Program-made: the position numbers and the translations under genes
The notes under the pieces: model-generated
Databases searched by the model: none
Seen by the model: only the letters and a program-made list of their open reading frames with translations
Told to the model about the DNA's origin: nothing
Shown: positions 33,290-47,495 of the stretch, piece by piece
How positions within the stretch are numbered: the stretch's first letter is position 1
Layout: each line of letters begins with the position of its first letter
Source: Schmidtea nova
Lineage: Eukaryota
NCBI GenBank assembly: GCA_044892505.1
Contig: CM097882.1
Location: 584,722,001-584,786,000, forward strand
Direction: 5' to 3'
DNA: 64,000 nucleotides

Positions 33290-34482
33290 TTCAATTTTTA
33301 TGAGAATTTCAATTCGGAAAAGATTTTCGAAAGTACTCGAAGCATATTTCAAAGCAACTCAGGGATTCGTTTGTGGGAAATTAGCATTGATTGTTTTCTT
33401 GTAATCTGGATTTTCCTATGATATTTGACAAATTTGTAGCAAGATAATTCTCCAATTATTCAATGCTCTGTTGTTGAATACCTTTGTATTCTTTCTGATA
33501 GTCTTTGCTTAAATTCATTGGAGTCATCATTCCAAATGGCATTGTCAGTGTCCTTACAGAGCTGTATTTCCGAACGATACTGATACGAAACATCTTGGAA
33601 GTCAAGAATGTTTGGTAAAAAAATTCTTTCTGCATCACCAACTTGAAATCCGATATGATAGATGTCAGTTACTTTATATTCACATTTCTTTAAAAGATCC
33701 ATAGGAGTGACAAGTTCAAAAGCTAAAAAGTCATCTGTAGGACATAGATTGAACTTGAGAGATTCGGCAAATGGAGAATCAGAATCTGTCATGCATTCAG
33801 TAACATAGCTATCGTTAGTCTTATTCATATTTAATTGAAGTTCAAATGAGTTCTCAATCTCATTGAGATTTTCCAATCGACTCCATTTGGAACAAACATT
33901 ATATTTACTGATGAATTTCGAACATAAACTATTATCAACAAATTCACAACGAACAGTTATATTTTTATTGATCATAATAAATTACAATGTAAATCACCGA
34001 AAGTAAGAAAAACTTGACACAGACTTCGAAACCAATTAACACCTGAAAAATCACAATTAGTACCGTAAAACAAATCAAATCACCAACTATTGAAAAATCA
34101 CAAATTTCTTATTTAAATTTTTAAAGCCGTCCAATTCACCTCTATTATTTAAACACCCAAATCTTTTTTAATTTTTTAAACAAGCCCTAATATTTTGTTT
34201 TATATTTTACCCAAATTAATTTTAGAAAACAAAACGTTGATCATTCATGTAATCATAAATTTTTAAAGATAAAAAATTGCAAATCAATATCGCGAATAAT
34301 ATCTTCCACTTTTGAACTAGAATTTTCAAATATTATATCATTATTACTTTCATTTAAATTGTCAATTAGAATGCTTAAATCGGTCTCAAGGTCGTGCATC
34401 GATCTCGAAAAATTGGTAAACATTTCATACAAATTTTAAGAATTATTTTCTATCATCATGGATGATTTTCTCGGTATTCCCG
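33290..34482 (-). other. Unknown gene-like sequence (includes ORF 33460-33975), duplicated at 45131-45986
   Basis: Near-identical copy at 45 kb. Upstream CCAAT (34668-34675) and TATA (34608-34616) on the minus strand. No recognisable domain. Confidence 0.6.
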
Positions 34483-34818
34483 TTATAACAACATAAGAAT
34501 TTCGCGACGATTCATGAGAAATCACTTTTCGGTATATAAGCCTTTTCTTGATAAAAGATTGCAACATCCAGAAAGCAATTTACATTAAATCATTTAAGCA
34601 TATAAGATTTATATAGATTCCGATAAGACCGTCTAACAGCTTCAGGCTTGCTCCACAATCTCTCACACCAATCAAGCCCCGCTGTTAATTATTTAATCTT
34701 TATTTTAATTAGTTTTTAAATATTTTATGAAGCGGGCGCGACAAATTATTATTATTGTTATATAATTATCATTAATATAGTAGAAATATTATTACAGTTT
34801 TTATTGAGATTACTCTAC

Positions 34819-35478
34819 CAGTGTTTCACACGGTGGGGCGTATGATAATCAGTATTGCCAGTATGCAAAAATGACGTGGGCATATTTAGTCGTGAATGAG
34901 CATATTTATATTATTAATTTATGTGAAATAGTTGATAATTAGAGTAATATTTTTGTTTTCTTTTCACATATTTAAATTCTTGACCATTGTAAAATCAGTA
35001 TTGTCTTATTTATCTATTATAGTTCATTGCAAAATGAGTGATCAACCAAAAAAAATTTCAACATCAGCACTCGAAGGAATTTTTAAAATTTGTATTTATA
35101 TCTGCTGTGCACGACGAATGCCTACCTTTTTGTCTTCTGTGTGAGAAATTATGAAATTATGAAACGAGTTCTTCTTAAAGCACATTTGAAAGCGAAACAT
35201 AGTACTTATATTAATCCAGATATTATTTTCTTTCAAAATCTCAAAGGAAAAATTTGGAAAAAGAACAACATTAACAAATCTATTTTCTGTACAAACTTCA
35301 AGTGTCGATCGTGAACTTGAGGCTCGTTACCAAATTTCATTGCTCATTGCTAAACGTGGACACAACCATACTAAAGGAGAGGATCTAATCAAGCCATCAA
35401 TATCAGCTTTTTTAAACAACAAGATGACAAACTCATGAAGTTTATGTCACTCAGCAACACTAGACGAATTGAGTGAAA
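34819..35478 (+). mobile_element. hAT (Buster/ZBED5-like) 5' fragment
   Basis: Starts CAGTGTTTCAC (hAT-like TIR). Degenerate CLPFCLLC..MK..LKAHLKAKH and EARYQISLLIAKRGHNHTKGEDLIKP. Confidence 0.78.
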
Positions 35479-36637
35479 ACTTAAAAATACAACTTGTTGT
35501 AAAGCTGAAAACATGAAATTTTTGATTTTAATATTAATGACGATACGTCTATTTTAATAATTGAATGTAAACTGTTGAAATCAGTACTTATTTCAGGTTC
35601 AAGTGAACCACATCCGATTTGATTAATAATATTATTATTATTTATAGTTGAATTATTATTATTTATAGGTGAATTATTTATAAGTGTATTATTATTTGAG
35701 GTTAATTTATTAATTGAAAAGGTATTTATTATTAAAGGCATAATTTTATCCTCGTCATCCGAAATGGTTATGATTTATTTTTTAATTAATATACAAGGTA
35801 TTGAAACCTCATTGATTATTTTTCTTTTTGTTGAATTATTATTTTGATTATTATTTATGTGGTATTGTAATTTGATGTATTTTGATTATTATTATTTGTG
35901 TTGTTTTTTTTTTGCCTATTATTATTTAAGGTATTATTATTTGAGGTGTTATTATTAGTCATTTTTTGATTATTATTATTATTAATAATTGATTTTTTAT
36001 ATCCAATATGCTGAGTTAAATAATATCTATGTTTATCATAAAACTCAGTATGGTATGGTAGGGATTCATTGATTTTACACGTTGGGCAAATAAAGAAAGT
36101 GATACTATTATATTTGTAAGAATATTACTTTTCCATAATGAGATGGCAATCATTATGAAAAGTACTATTGTGGTATAAAGAATAATTAGAGCCCATATAA
36201 TAACATTACATCATCGATAGCAGAATCAAATTTTTTAAAATATATATGTCGTCATTGGGTGTAAATAAAGGGGTGTGCAAAAATGGGCCGTGGAGTCACT
36301 TGACTTTGATTGACTATGACTCATTGATTACATAATTCCCTTCGTTACCCCGTCCACACTTCTCCCTACTAACAAAGTAGAAGCGTATTATTTTTACATT
36401 TACTTATGGTTATCACTTTTATTACCATCAATCACGTATTTTGTGTAAAACTGCTTTTCCTATGAGACAAGTATAGAATCAATTTGATTGGCTGACTCTA
36501 AAGAACAAGGAGATATTGAAAATTTGTTATAAGAAATTAATTATAGCGCATATAAGGTGAGCGCTAATCCATTAAACTTAACTTTTTACAAAAATAAAGG
36601 CAATTTTAAAAATTTTAAATCGATAATTTTTTATTAA

Positions 36638-36641
<4 letters not shown>

Positions 36642-36710
<69 letters not shown>
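36642..36710. repeat. (TA)n microsatellite
   Basis: About 34 TA units. Confidence 0.97.
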
Positions 36711-36713
<3 letters not shown>

Positions 36714-36797
36714 GCTACGGGTAAACCAGTACTCTTTGGGCACTTCGTCTTATCCCTAGCCTCAAAAATTAAATTCACTTAACTTTTAGTAAAAAAA

Positions 36798-37470
36798 ATG
36801 GAGCAAATCCCATGGACAAAGACAACATACGACAGCTACGCAAAACTTCAAAGGAATGATGCAGGACAAGATTTTCAAATAAACAACAATTTATAAATTC
36901 CAAACTATTTAAGAATAGACCATTGGAAAATGAAAATCCAGATGTTCAAATTATATCGAAATATAGAAATGAAATTAGCTGATGAAATTCAAGTATCCAG
37001 AAAAGAGGAATACTATCTACATATTATCAAACGAACAGTGAAAGTGATGGATTGAAAACATCAATCGTGGTTTGAATTTAAGAAACTAACTTCCTGAAAA
37101 ATTCAAAAAGAAATTATGTCAAAACTAATATGTGCAGCAAAACGAAAAATCCATTATTGGCTGGGAAACGAGAAAAGACAATGGAGCAAACGAAAGACCA
37201 TGTATATAATCAACGGAGAGCAAGGATTCAAAATTGATACAAATCTCAGAGGACATGTTAAAACGAAGAATGTCATTTATTAGGAAGGAAATGGATCTCG
37301 AAAAGATTCCCAGCTGAATATTATTCACAGGCGCAGAGTATGGCAATTCGGAATCAGGAAAATTGATTCCCTTGACAGAAACCATTATGAATTATAAGGG
37401 TAAAATAGTCAAGGAGAAAAATTCGCAATTTTAATTCAAGGATTCATGGAATTACGGTAGTGACCAGTAA
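36798..37470 (+). pseudogene. Second, more decayed and 3'-truncated copy of the DEDDh exonuclease gene
   Basis: ATGGAGCAAATCCCATGGACA versus ATGGAACAAATACCATGGACA at 18794. Translates ILFTGAEYG..GKLIPL..IMNYKGKI and ..IHGIT. Shares upstream promoter motifs. Confidence 0.78.
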
Positions 37471-38779
37471 GTAATTAGCTAGACAGTTTAATTATCACCG
37501 GGAAAATTGATTTTAAACGAAATCCGAAATACTCAATTGATGAAAAAGTAATTAACAATTTTATTATAATGAATTAGATTAGGAATTTGGCAACTTGAAA
37601 GGCACTCGCTAGACAACCTAATCAGATAAGAAGAATTCATTAAGTTGAACAGTATAAAAAGGAGAAGCAAATTCCAAAGTTTGTCAGAGTAGTTGAAAAC
37701 AAAATTTAGTTAAATATTTGCAAGACGAGAAATCTAGAATCAGTATTAGTTAGAATCAAACTTATTCTTTATAGCGTACCAGAAAGGGAGATCTTCCTTT
37801 GGGAGACTTATCCATACGCCTAATCGGAAAAGCAGTGCGAATAAAAGTTGTTGAAATTACGTAAAGACTTTTTATTATCAAAAATTGTGTCAAATAATTG
37901 TTGTAAAGAATGTCACACTTTCGAATAAATCTTACGGTGTTGGGTTTTCTTGAATCAATCCTATAAAAACACCAAGGAGTCAGACAAATAACACCGACTA
38001 ATTGATAAACCCAACAAAATTATTTATTTTATTTATTTAATATTTTGAAGATAATTTATTTCAAGTTGGATTAGGCATTATCAAAAATTTGCATACTTTT
38101 TCTGTGGGTATTCGTATCAAAATGTGTTATTTAGCATCGGAAAAATAGGAATCTGTATTGTCTGCTGGTAACCTAAAAAAAAATTCGAAGGCTTTGTTAT
38201 TGTGGTGGCTTGTGCACTGCCAAATGAAATTTATGAAGTAAGATTTTTTTTTTGAAATTTTAAAAGGAGATTTAGCGCAATTTATGAAACACGTGGTTAA
38301 ATTAAGATTTTAAAAAATCTTTTTTTATAACTATTTATGGAAATTCTAGTCTTGATTATTTTTTTCTGATGATTAGCAATTTGGTATTACTTTTTTCCAA
38401 TGATTTTATTTCGACAGATTACCACTAAACAATAGTTTTCCTTAAGGTCTTTTCCCTTAAGTATCAAAGGGTATAACTAGCAATAAGTAAAAATCATAAT
38501 TAATATATAAATTTATTCAGTATATTATCACTAAATTATTTGTTTTCAATTCAAACTTTTAAATAACTTAAAGAATTCCTATCAAATAAATATTTTCTTT
38601 CTTCATTATTAAATTATTAAGTTGTTTCATACTTTATTTTCACTTTAATTTTCTAATTTTCGGCAAAATGGGTACACCAGTTTATATTGCATTTTATGTT
38701 ATACAAAACTGTTGTAATAATTTTCTTTAATATATTTATTTATCTTAAATTCCAGGCTCTGATAATTGAATTTCTAGGA

Positions 38780-39245
38780 GATAGAAATCAAAATTTTCAA
38801 CATCTACTCTTCTTCACATCTCATTGAGGCCAGGCTGCTAAAACACATTTAGACATCTGCGCCATGTACGGAAAAGGTGATAGATCTACTAGTCGAAAAT
38901 GTTTTTACAAGTTTAAAAATTACAATTTCGAACTCTACGAAACTCCCTGCATCAGTCGGATTAACGAGTTTGTCAAGGATCGTCTCAATGCTTTTTTTTA
39001 AAGGAAGACGGTCGTCAAAAGTGCAGAGAATTGACGAAGAAGATGGACTATAAAGCGGTGTTAATCTTGCCACTTTCAATCAATAGAAATTTTTCAAAAA
39101 CTTAAAGCTTTGATGCCAAAAAACAACAAAGAGAAGCAACTGATTATAACCACTCAAATTCTCGTTCACCATTGAGCGACATGTGACTACAAAGCAACGT
39201 TTCCTGTAAAGAATCATCAGAAGAGATGAAAAATTGTCTACGCCC
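38780..39245 (+). pseudogene. mariner (mellifera-like) transposase N-terminal fragment
   Basis: NFQHLLFF..GQAAK..DICAMYGKG..RKCFYKFKN.NFEL.ETP..NEF..DRLNA..KEDGRQ..REL..KM, then QRFL.RII..DEK. Confidence 0.78.
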
Positions 39246-40445
39246 TTTTATTTGAAACAATTGATGAAATTATTATGTTCTTAAAATTCGTGAGATTATG
39301 ATAATTATTTGAATTACAATATCTAGAGAACATGTTGACCTTTAATTTTGAAAAAATATTTAAATCAGAAAAATGTGACTTGACATATGCAGGGCGCGTT
39401 AACAGAAAACGGGCCCTAGGCGCAAACATTTTTAAAGCTTAACTGAATATGTGAATTTAGTGTCAGAGACTAGTGGTGTAAGAAGAATTTTGCACAAAAC
39501 CAACAAAAGTTGAATTGAAGCCCTTTTCATGAATATGATTGAGTTACAGTAATTCTGCTTAGTTATAGAAACTATTTTATGTTATTTAATTTTAATGAAA
39601 ATGCATGAGTCTAATCTCTTGTCGAAATTATTGTACTACAACGACACGTTATATGGGGCTATATAAAAAGATTTTAAGAAATTAATTCTGTGAAATTAAC
39701 ATTAAATTTCTTGAATCCGACAATTCGAAGAATTTCAAATTTAATTTTTAAAATACCAGAAATTCAAAAGATTGTTTTAAAGAATTTGTGATGACTTAAA
39801 TATAACCACTCAAAATCTCGAAAAACGAAAACATTTATCAACTCACTCTAGTTTCTTAAATATGTATGCTGTATACCTATTTTTATAAGACGGGTTCACT
39901 AATTGCATAATAAATCGTAATAAATACACTATTCATAAAAAACAGATCCCGTGTGATCACGTGGTACGTATTAAGTATGACATTTATAAAAGTGTAGTTG
40001 TTAACGCTATTAGCTTATTTTATCGTTTGGGGCTTTAGTTGACCAGCAAATTTTTAAAAAAAGTGTTCTAGTTTTAACATAATTTTTACATATAACTTAT
40101 ATTTTAAATAGAGGCTACAATTTTCATAGCAGTTCGAGAACATTTTCAAATAAAAATTAATTTTTTATATTTATTTTTCTTCTATGGACCTACCACAGAG
40201 GCAACTGCTAATTACAGGAATCACAAAAAGAATAATAAAAATAGAAAAAATATGAAAGTTTAAGTGGCAAAAATTGGAAAGAATAATTCAAAAAATTTAA
40301 CGCTACTATTCATCACATTATAGGGTTTACGTTGCTTTGCATAGATATGAATTATTAGCCCAAATGAACTTATACAATTATAACTTACATAATATACATA
40401 TGAGAATTCAGTTTAACTGTAAAATTATGGCTATATGACACTTAA

Positions 40446-40495
40446 TCACCCGACAGATAATCACACGACAGATAATCACACGACAAATAATCATA
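40446..40495. repeat. Short tandem repeat, 15-bp unit AATCACACGACAGAT, about 3 copies
   Basis: Read directly from the sequence. Confidence 0.75.
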
Positions 40496-40671
40496 GAAAA
40501 AATAATTAAGCAAATTGATAATCACAACCAAAATATGGATGATTTCAATAATTACAATTCATCTCCAGAAAATAAATGTCATTAAAAATGAGAGACAGAG
40601 GAAAGCTAATCGATGCACAAAAGTAAAAGATAATTAGGAACAACAACAATATTTACTAGGGCCCTGCAAGG

Positions 40672-40808
40672 NNNNNNNNNNNNNNNNNNNNNNNNNNNNN
40701 NNNNNNNNNNNNNNNNNNNNNNNNNNNNNNNNNNNNNNNNNNNNNNNNNNNNNNNNNNNNNNNNNNNNNNNNNNNNNNNNNNNNNNNNNNNNNNNNNNNN
40801 NNNNNNNN
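40672..40808. other. Assembly gap (N run)
   Basis: Run of N. Confidence 0.99.
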
Positions 40809-41869
40809 AACCGAGAAGACAGAATGATTTACAAAAATAAATGAATATATCTACCTTTGAATTCTAGTAATCAATGACCGGATAAACGTTATGATTATCA
40901 AAGAACTTAATCTTAATGGCCTTCTAATTCGTTTGGCACATAGACCTAAGACATTAAGGCAAGCCTTGGCTAGCAACACGAGAAAAGAAAATACTTCTAG
41001 GATTGAAAATTTACAGACACCAAAGAAAATATTTTTTCATAATAACATAGACTTTATCGCCAGACTTTATCGCAACAAGAGCCGAAATTCATTAACTCAG
41101 AATGTTGAGAGCCGCAGTTTGAAAATATTTTTAATTGTGTAATATAAAAATTTCACGGCCATCAACACATTAGTGTTATTGAATTACTATAAAACAAGAC
41201 TTAACAGATTTATGGCGAATATATACCTTATATATAAATACAAGGGCAACAATTAATTTAATTTAATTATTATTTATTACAATTTACAATTTTATGTTCA
41301 ATGTACTTACAATATTTGATAATCGATTTACAAATTAATATTTATATAATTTATTGTCAGATATTTACAATATTCGCTAATCAGTTTATAATTTAATATT
41401 TAAATTACAACATCCGTTAATTGGTTGAAAAATATTTATATTTGGTAATAATAATTTATTTATTTATAAGATAACATTTTAGTATATAAGGTACAGTAAA
41501 ATTTACAAATTTCGATAAACCTAAAATTAGTGCTTACATAGTTTCAAAGGGTAATCCAGAGAAACAAATAAAACAAGAAACAGACAAAAACGCTTCACAT
41601 TTACTTTTGCAAGCATACATAACAAGCAAGAAATAACATTTAACTATACACAACACGCAACTATCAATTGAATCTGATTTCGTTGAAATTATCACAAGTG
41701 TATTTGATTCAGATTGAAAGTGTTATAAGTATATTTGAATCAGCATAAATTGGTAAATTTTGATATTCAACAAAAATTATTTAAAACAAGACATCTTATT
41801 TATAAATATAGCCAGTGCACGTTGAGACTTCAACAAAAATACTTCTAAAAATATGTATTCTATGCTGGT

Positions 41870-42600
41870 AGGTGCAGTTGTTGTATGTGTCTGTATTTTG
41901 GCTTAGAATAGTTGAAAATATGGCTCATAACTTGTTAGTACTGTAGGTAAGAACTCATTAAAAACGTTCATTTGTCAGCTGGTAACGGCGCTTCGATTCA
42001 ATAAATTTTATTATTGAATACAAAGATTCACAGAAAAAAACTTTGTACCAAATATAGAAATCAATTTACACGTGGCATACTTTAAAAAAAAATATTTTGA
42101 TTCAGCAACAAATTTCCAAAATTCTGTTGGAGATTCATGAATTACCTTTAATCACAGGTCCTCCTGAATTTCTATTAATTCCATCTCTCCAGTAGATTTA
42201 TCAGATAACAATTAATTGTAAAATATAAAGTCATTACTAAATATATCAATTTCAAATGATTCATAAGAAATTGTTGCAAAATTTTAATTTTTTTAAATTT
42301 TCAAACCTTAGTTTGAAATTGTTTTGATATTCTTGAAGTTTTTGATCTTCGATTTGGGAATTTTTATTTTTCAACCGAGGAAAATGATTGAAGTTTTTGT
42401 CATTAAATTATGTTTAATTAGCAGCATTTTTTGAAAATTGAAAAATGTTTTACCAAGATCAGTAATAAGTTTATGCTTAACCTATAATTCTAATTTGAGT
42501 TATTGTATATGTTCCATTATATCAGTCAAAAACATAAAATTTTGTATCCAATAATCATCTTCTAATTGTGGATAAAGCTTTTAATTTTCTATAAGAAAAT
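41870..42600 (-). pseudogene. hAT transposase C-terminal fragment (GTF2IRD2/Buster-like)
   Basis: Minus strand: FLTDIMEHI..L.L.L.GK.KLITD..FNHFPRL; ELIEIQED..TEFWKFV..KLISIFGT..CESLYSII..RYQLTNE. Confidence 0.72.
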
Positions 42601-42607
42601 TAATGAC

Positions 42608-43715
42608 TTTAGGATCAAGAGTAGTTCTTGATATGGTGGATTGCATTTCGGATCCTGCAAGTCACTGTATATATTTTGATAACCTAATTACCAGTAGAGA
42701 CCTGTTGATATATTTACAGAAATTGGGATACCGAGAAACTGGCACTTTACGAGAAAATAGATTATGATTTTCGGTTTGATAAAAATGCCGAAATATTTTT
42801 TGTAAAATGGAATGACAATAAATGCGTTACTGTAGCCACTAATTTTGACAAAATAGAACCTTTGTTTCAGACTAATAGGTGGGATAGAAAGGCTAGGGAA
42901 AAACGACCCATTCCTCAACTGCGAGTTTTGAAAAATTATAATTCATATATGGGAGGCGTAGATCAACATGATTGGTTGGTTGGTAAATACGCAATTAAAA
43001 TTAGAGCTAAGAAATGGTATTGGCCATTATTCACTAGAATACTGGATATGGCAGTGGTACACGCATGGCTTGTTTACAAACAAGTAAATACTACAAATAT
43101 TTCTTTTCTAGATTTTCTTCGATCTATATCAGTACCTTATTTGAAACTAGGGTAAAGTATTAGACCTAAAAATGGTAAACCACGTACATCAGCATCCAAA
43201 GTATTTGCTGATGTAAGGTATGATAACAAAGGACATATTATGCTAAAGCATGACAATCAGAGATGTTGTCAAGGTGACAATTGTAAATCAAAACCATTAA
43301 CGTATTGTGGAAAATGCAACGTGACATTGTGTCAAAAGTGTTTTTCTTCATATCATACGAAATAAATTTTCAAAATTCTTATTATTTTATGTAATTATTT
43401 ATTTTATGACTTTGATTACTTTGGTTATTATATTAAAATATGTTACTAAACCTAAAATTATAACTACTTGTATTGAAAAATTCATTACCAATATTACATA
43501 ATAAAAATATTTATATCGTTTATTATAAATTTTGTTAAGTTATTTTGATACCTCTAAATCCCAGTGTCATATTTATAGGATACATCAAAACACTAATTTT
43601 AGAAAAGTTAAAAAATATTTTATTAATAATTTCTTTTTTTAGGAGTCTGTTTCTGAGTAATCTATGTTGATAAAACATAAATTATCAGAAAATTTTTAAA
43701 TTGGGCATTAACGGG
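42608..43715 (+). mobile_element. piggyBac 3' half (PGBD-like transposase remnant plus right TIR)
   Basis: IYFDN..TS..LL..GTLRENR; WNDNKCVTVATN; YNSYMGGVDQHD..KKWYWPLF; Cys-rich tail CKS..YCGKCNVTLCQKCF..YH. Ends GGGCATTAACGGG followed by TTAA (43716-43719). Confidence 0.88.
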
Positions 43716-44524
43716 TTAAACGCGCCACTGAAAGCATCACAAATAATTTACAATATGAATCGGTTAATCTTCAAGAAGAAAAGTTTTTTAGAATATTTAA
43801 ATCGATTGAATTTTTTTCTCTTTAAATAAAGGGAAAATTAACAAATTTAAAATTTCTAGAAGAGAAATGCTTATTTATGAGAAACCCTTTACAAGCATAA
43901 ACAATACCAAATCAAGGAATTTGTTCTAACCTTTTCATATTTATATTTTGTCTTAACACATTGACCCCCAGTATATTTTTTATCTGTACACCACAGGAAA
44001 TTGTAAATTTTTAAAATTTTATTTAATTTTTTATGGAAAACTATATTAAAATGAAAAAAATCATGGAACCTGAGTTTTGTAAGGTAATTCGGGTATGTTT
44101 TACTTATTTTTGAATGATCGCTGCGTTTCAGCACATTTTTACCATTCTACATTGAATCTTCATACACGTGGTGAATTTCAAGCATGGGAAAAGCACCCTG
44201 TTTAATAGTCAATCAAGGAATCTCATCATTTTATGTGGTATAGATTTATTGCATCTATGTTCAAATTTTTCGCCAGGCCTATAAATGCATTGAATATAAG
44301 CCTTTTCGTGCTCATGGCATCGTTTTTATAGACTTCAAAAACCAAATTGCATTTAGGTATTTTCAAATTTCTACACTACTAAAAAACCGACTGCAGGTAA
44401 CTAATTTGTATTAAATAATGAAGAACAAAGAAATTAAAAAACCATTAATTTAAAATTAAAATTTAGCTGATCCTGAAGAGAATCAAAAATATAGAGAATA
44501 TGCGAAAGAGTATAACCTTGAAAC

Positions 44525-46290
44525 GAAAATACAATGATGATTACATTAGATTTGGATTAATACTATGTCCACATGATTCGTCAATCCCACTCAGTCTCTA
44601 TATGTTCAACACAACTTTCAAATGAGGCAATGGCACCGAGCAAGCTTAAACGACATCTGGATACAAAACATCCAACTTTGAATGAGAAGCCCAAAAGTTT
44701 TTTGAAGCATTTTTATCGAGCTCAAGACAGCAAGCAAATAAAATGAAAGCGTTCTCAATTCTTGTCAAGGCGTAGCTAGCAAGTTTCAAGATTGCAAAAC
44801 TGCTGACTAAGAAAAAAAGCCGCACACTGAAGCTGAAACCATCATCATGCCTGTTTTAATTATTGCTGTTGGATCAATGTTCAGTCATTAAACTGTCGAA
44901 AAAATCAAAAACATTCCACTGTCGGATCATACGACGTTGCAAAGAATAGAAGATATATCAGCGGATTCGGACGATCAAATTCGCGAACATTTTACCACCG
45001 CCAATGAGATTGAGACGCTCTAGGCACTTCAAATCGACGAGAGCACTGACATCAGTGGAAAAGCTCAACTACTTACATTCATAAGATTCGTGAAGGATGG
45101 AATAATTCAAATTTTTTATTTATTTTTCATTTCAATTTTTATGAGAATTTCAATTCGGAAAAGATTTTCGAAAGTATTCGAAGCATATTTCGAAGCAACT
45201 CAGTGATTCGTTTGTGGGAAATTAGCATTGATTGTTTTCTTGTAATCTGGATTTTCCTATGATATTTGACAAATTTGTAGCAAGATAATTCTCCAATTAT
45301 TCAATGCTCTGTTGTTGAATACCTTTGTATTCTTTCTGATAGTCTTTGCTTAAATTCATTGGAGTCATCATTCCAAATGGCATTGTCAGTGTCCTTAAGA
45401 GCTGTATTTCCGAACGATACTGATACGAAACATCTTGGAAGTCAAGAATGTTTGGTAAATAAATTCTTTCTGCATCACCAACTTGAAATCCGATATGATA
45501 GATGTCAGTTACTTTATATTCACATTTCTTTAAAAGATCCATAGGAGTGACAAGTTCAAAAGGACATAGATTGAACTTGATTCGGCAAATGGAGAATCAG
45601 AATCTGTCATGCATTCAGTAACATAGCTATCGCTAGTCTTATTCATATTTAATTGAAGTTCAAATGAGTTCTCAATCTCATTGAGATTTTCCAATCGACT
45701 CTATTTGGAACAAACATTATATTTACTGATGAATTTCGAACATAAACTATTATCAACAAATTCACAACGAATTCACAAAATTGCAAATCAATATCGCGAA
45801 TAATATCTTCCACTTTTGAACTAGAATTTTCAAATATTATATCATTATTACTTTCATTTAAATTGTCAATTAGAATGCTTAAATCTGTCTCAAGATCGTG
45901 CATCGATCTCGAAAAATTGGTAAACATTTCACACAAATTTTAAGAATTATTTTCTATCATCGTGGATGATTTCCTCGGTATTCCCGGTCACAATAGAAGA
46001 TATATCGGCGGATTCGGACGATCAAATTCGCGAACATTTTACCACCGCCAATGAGATTGAGACGCTCTAGGCACTTCAAATCGACGAGAGCACTGACATC
46101 AGTGGAAAAGCTTAACTACTTACATTCATAAGATTCGTGAAGGATGGAATAATTCAAATTTTTAATTTATTTTGCAACGAATTAAAAGAGAAAACGATAG
46201 AAACAGACATTTTTGAACTTGTGAAGCGAAAGTAGTGTCAAGAGGACTGAGCAAAAATGCATTAGTGTTTTTATTGACGGAATAAAAAAT
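44525..46290 (+). pseudogene. hAT (Buster/ZBED5-like) transposase remnant interrupted by an 875-bp insert and a 172-bp duplication
   Basis: DDYIRFG..LSNEAMAPSKLKRHLDTKH; KPHTEAETIIMP; PLSDHT..RIEDISAD; ALQIDESTDISGKAQLL.FIRFV (twice). Confidence 0.88.
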
Positions 46291-46775
46291 TGGATTTTTC
46301 TTTCAAATTTTGAATTGAGCTAGATTCTTTTAAAATTTAAATATTAATTATTTGCGAATAAACAGAAATTATAATCATTCAAACAGTGTAAACATTTTTG
46401 GGACATTAATTTTATTTATATATATATATATATAGAATTAAATATTTTAAATATTTTGTAAAATTAAGATGATCACAAAATATTTAATTAATATAAGCCT
46501 AAGGCTAAGGTAAGTAGTCAATCCTAAAAATAAGATTTTTGTTAAAATAAAACCTAATGGATTTTTGTTATTTTTAAATTTTTAACTTAATTATTGTTAA
46601 TTAAGTTTTTGTTATATTTGATCAATTTGTATTGTTTTTTGTTGATGATTAGAGAAAGGAATTGATTTTTGATTTTAATTTTTGTGTCTGGAGTGGATTT
46701 TGATTTAGCCGATTGATATTTTGGTCTCGAGTTACTGTTTTGGATTTGGAGAACTTCGTTGTGATTTTTGCGAAA

Positions 46776-47145
46776 TTATGTTGTATATGTCATTGGCCAC
46801 GATTTGTGACAACTTGGATCATTGAATTCATTCATTTGAGGTCTTTTTTGTCGGAAGTTCCCGGTTGGAATTGCAAATGGAATGTGAGAATTGGAAAAAT
46901 TTTGGTAGCCACTTCTCGCGAGTGGCATTTGGCTTTGCATATTCAACTGAGCTTGCATGAATTGTAAAGAGCCATCTTCGGCGGAATTTTCTCTAAACCG
47001 ATTGTTTATTGGAATTATTTGATTCATTTGTTGTGGTAATTGGTTCATTTGTTGTGGTGATTGGTTCATTTGTTGTTTTGTAACTAGTCCTGTTTGACTG
47101 TTATCAGGAGGATTTCTGACACCATTTTTAGCTACTGAAATAAAA
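46776..47145 (-). other. Gln/Asn-rich exon-like ORF of unknown origin
   Basis: QQMNQ repeated three times; the frame follows a ttttatttcag acceptor-like site; no domain recognised. Confidence 0.3.
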
Positions 47146-47187
47146 CACAATAAAACTAATAAATAAATAAACATTTATTCAAATTCC

Positions 47188-47340
47188 AATGTCGTTGTTG
47201 CTTCGAATTATTGATTTTTGGATTTTTGTTTTCTAGTTTGCTTCTTGGTTTTTAAAAAGTGAAATGTTGTTGTTATTTCGAATTATTGATTTTTGGATTA
47301 TTGTTTTCTAGCTTGCTTCTTGTTTTTTTAAAAGGTGGAA
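47188..47340. repeat. Tandem duplication of a ~76-bp unit (2 copies)
   Basis: AATGT.GTTGTT..TTCGAATTATTGATTTTTGGATT.TTGTTTTCTAG.TTGCTTCTTG occurs at ~47188 and ~47264. Confidence 0.85.
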
Positions 47341-47365
47341 AAAGTGTCTGTTTTTAGTTATTTAA

Positions 47366-47495
47366 NNNNNNNNNNNNNNNNNNNNNNNNNNNNNNNNNNN
47401 NNNNNNNNNNNNNNNNNNNNNNNNNNNNNNNNNNNNNNNNNNNNNNNNNNNNNNNNNNNNNNNNNNNNNNNNNNNNNNNNNNNNNNNNNNNNNNN
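47366..47495. other. Assembly gap (N run)
   Basis: Run of N. Confidence 0.99.

Noticed and set aside
33980-34200. Very short (21-25 nt) GT-AG segments as proof of tiny introns
   Set aside because: Such matches arise easily in AT-rich DNA, and I could not show that they restore a conserved frame.
45117-45991. Processed retrocopy (intron loss plus A-rich tail) of the 33-34 kb gene
   Set aside because: The missing 330 bp is not bounded by GT-AG and has a filler at the junction, and the A-rich end is not a clean poly(A).
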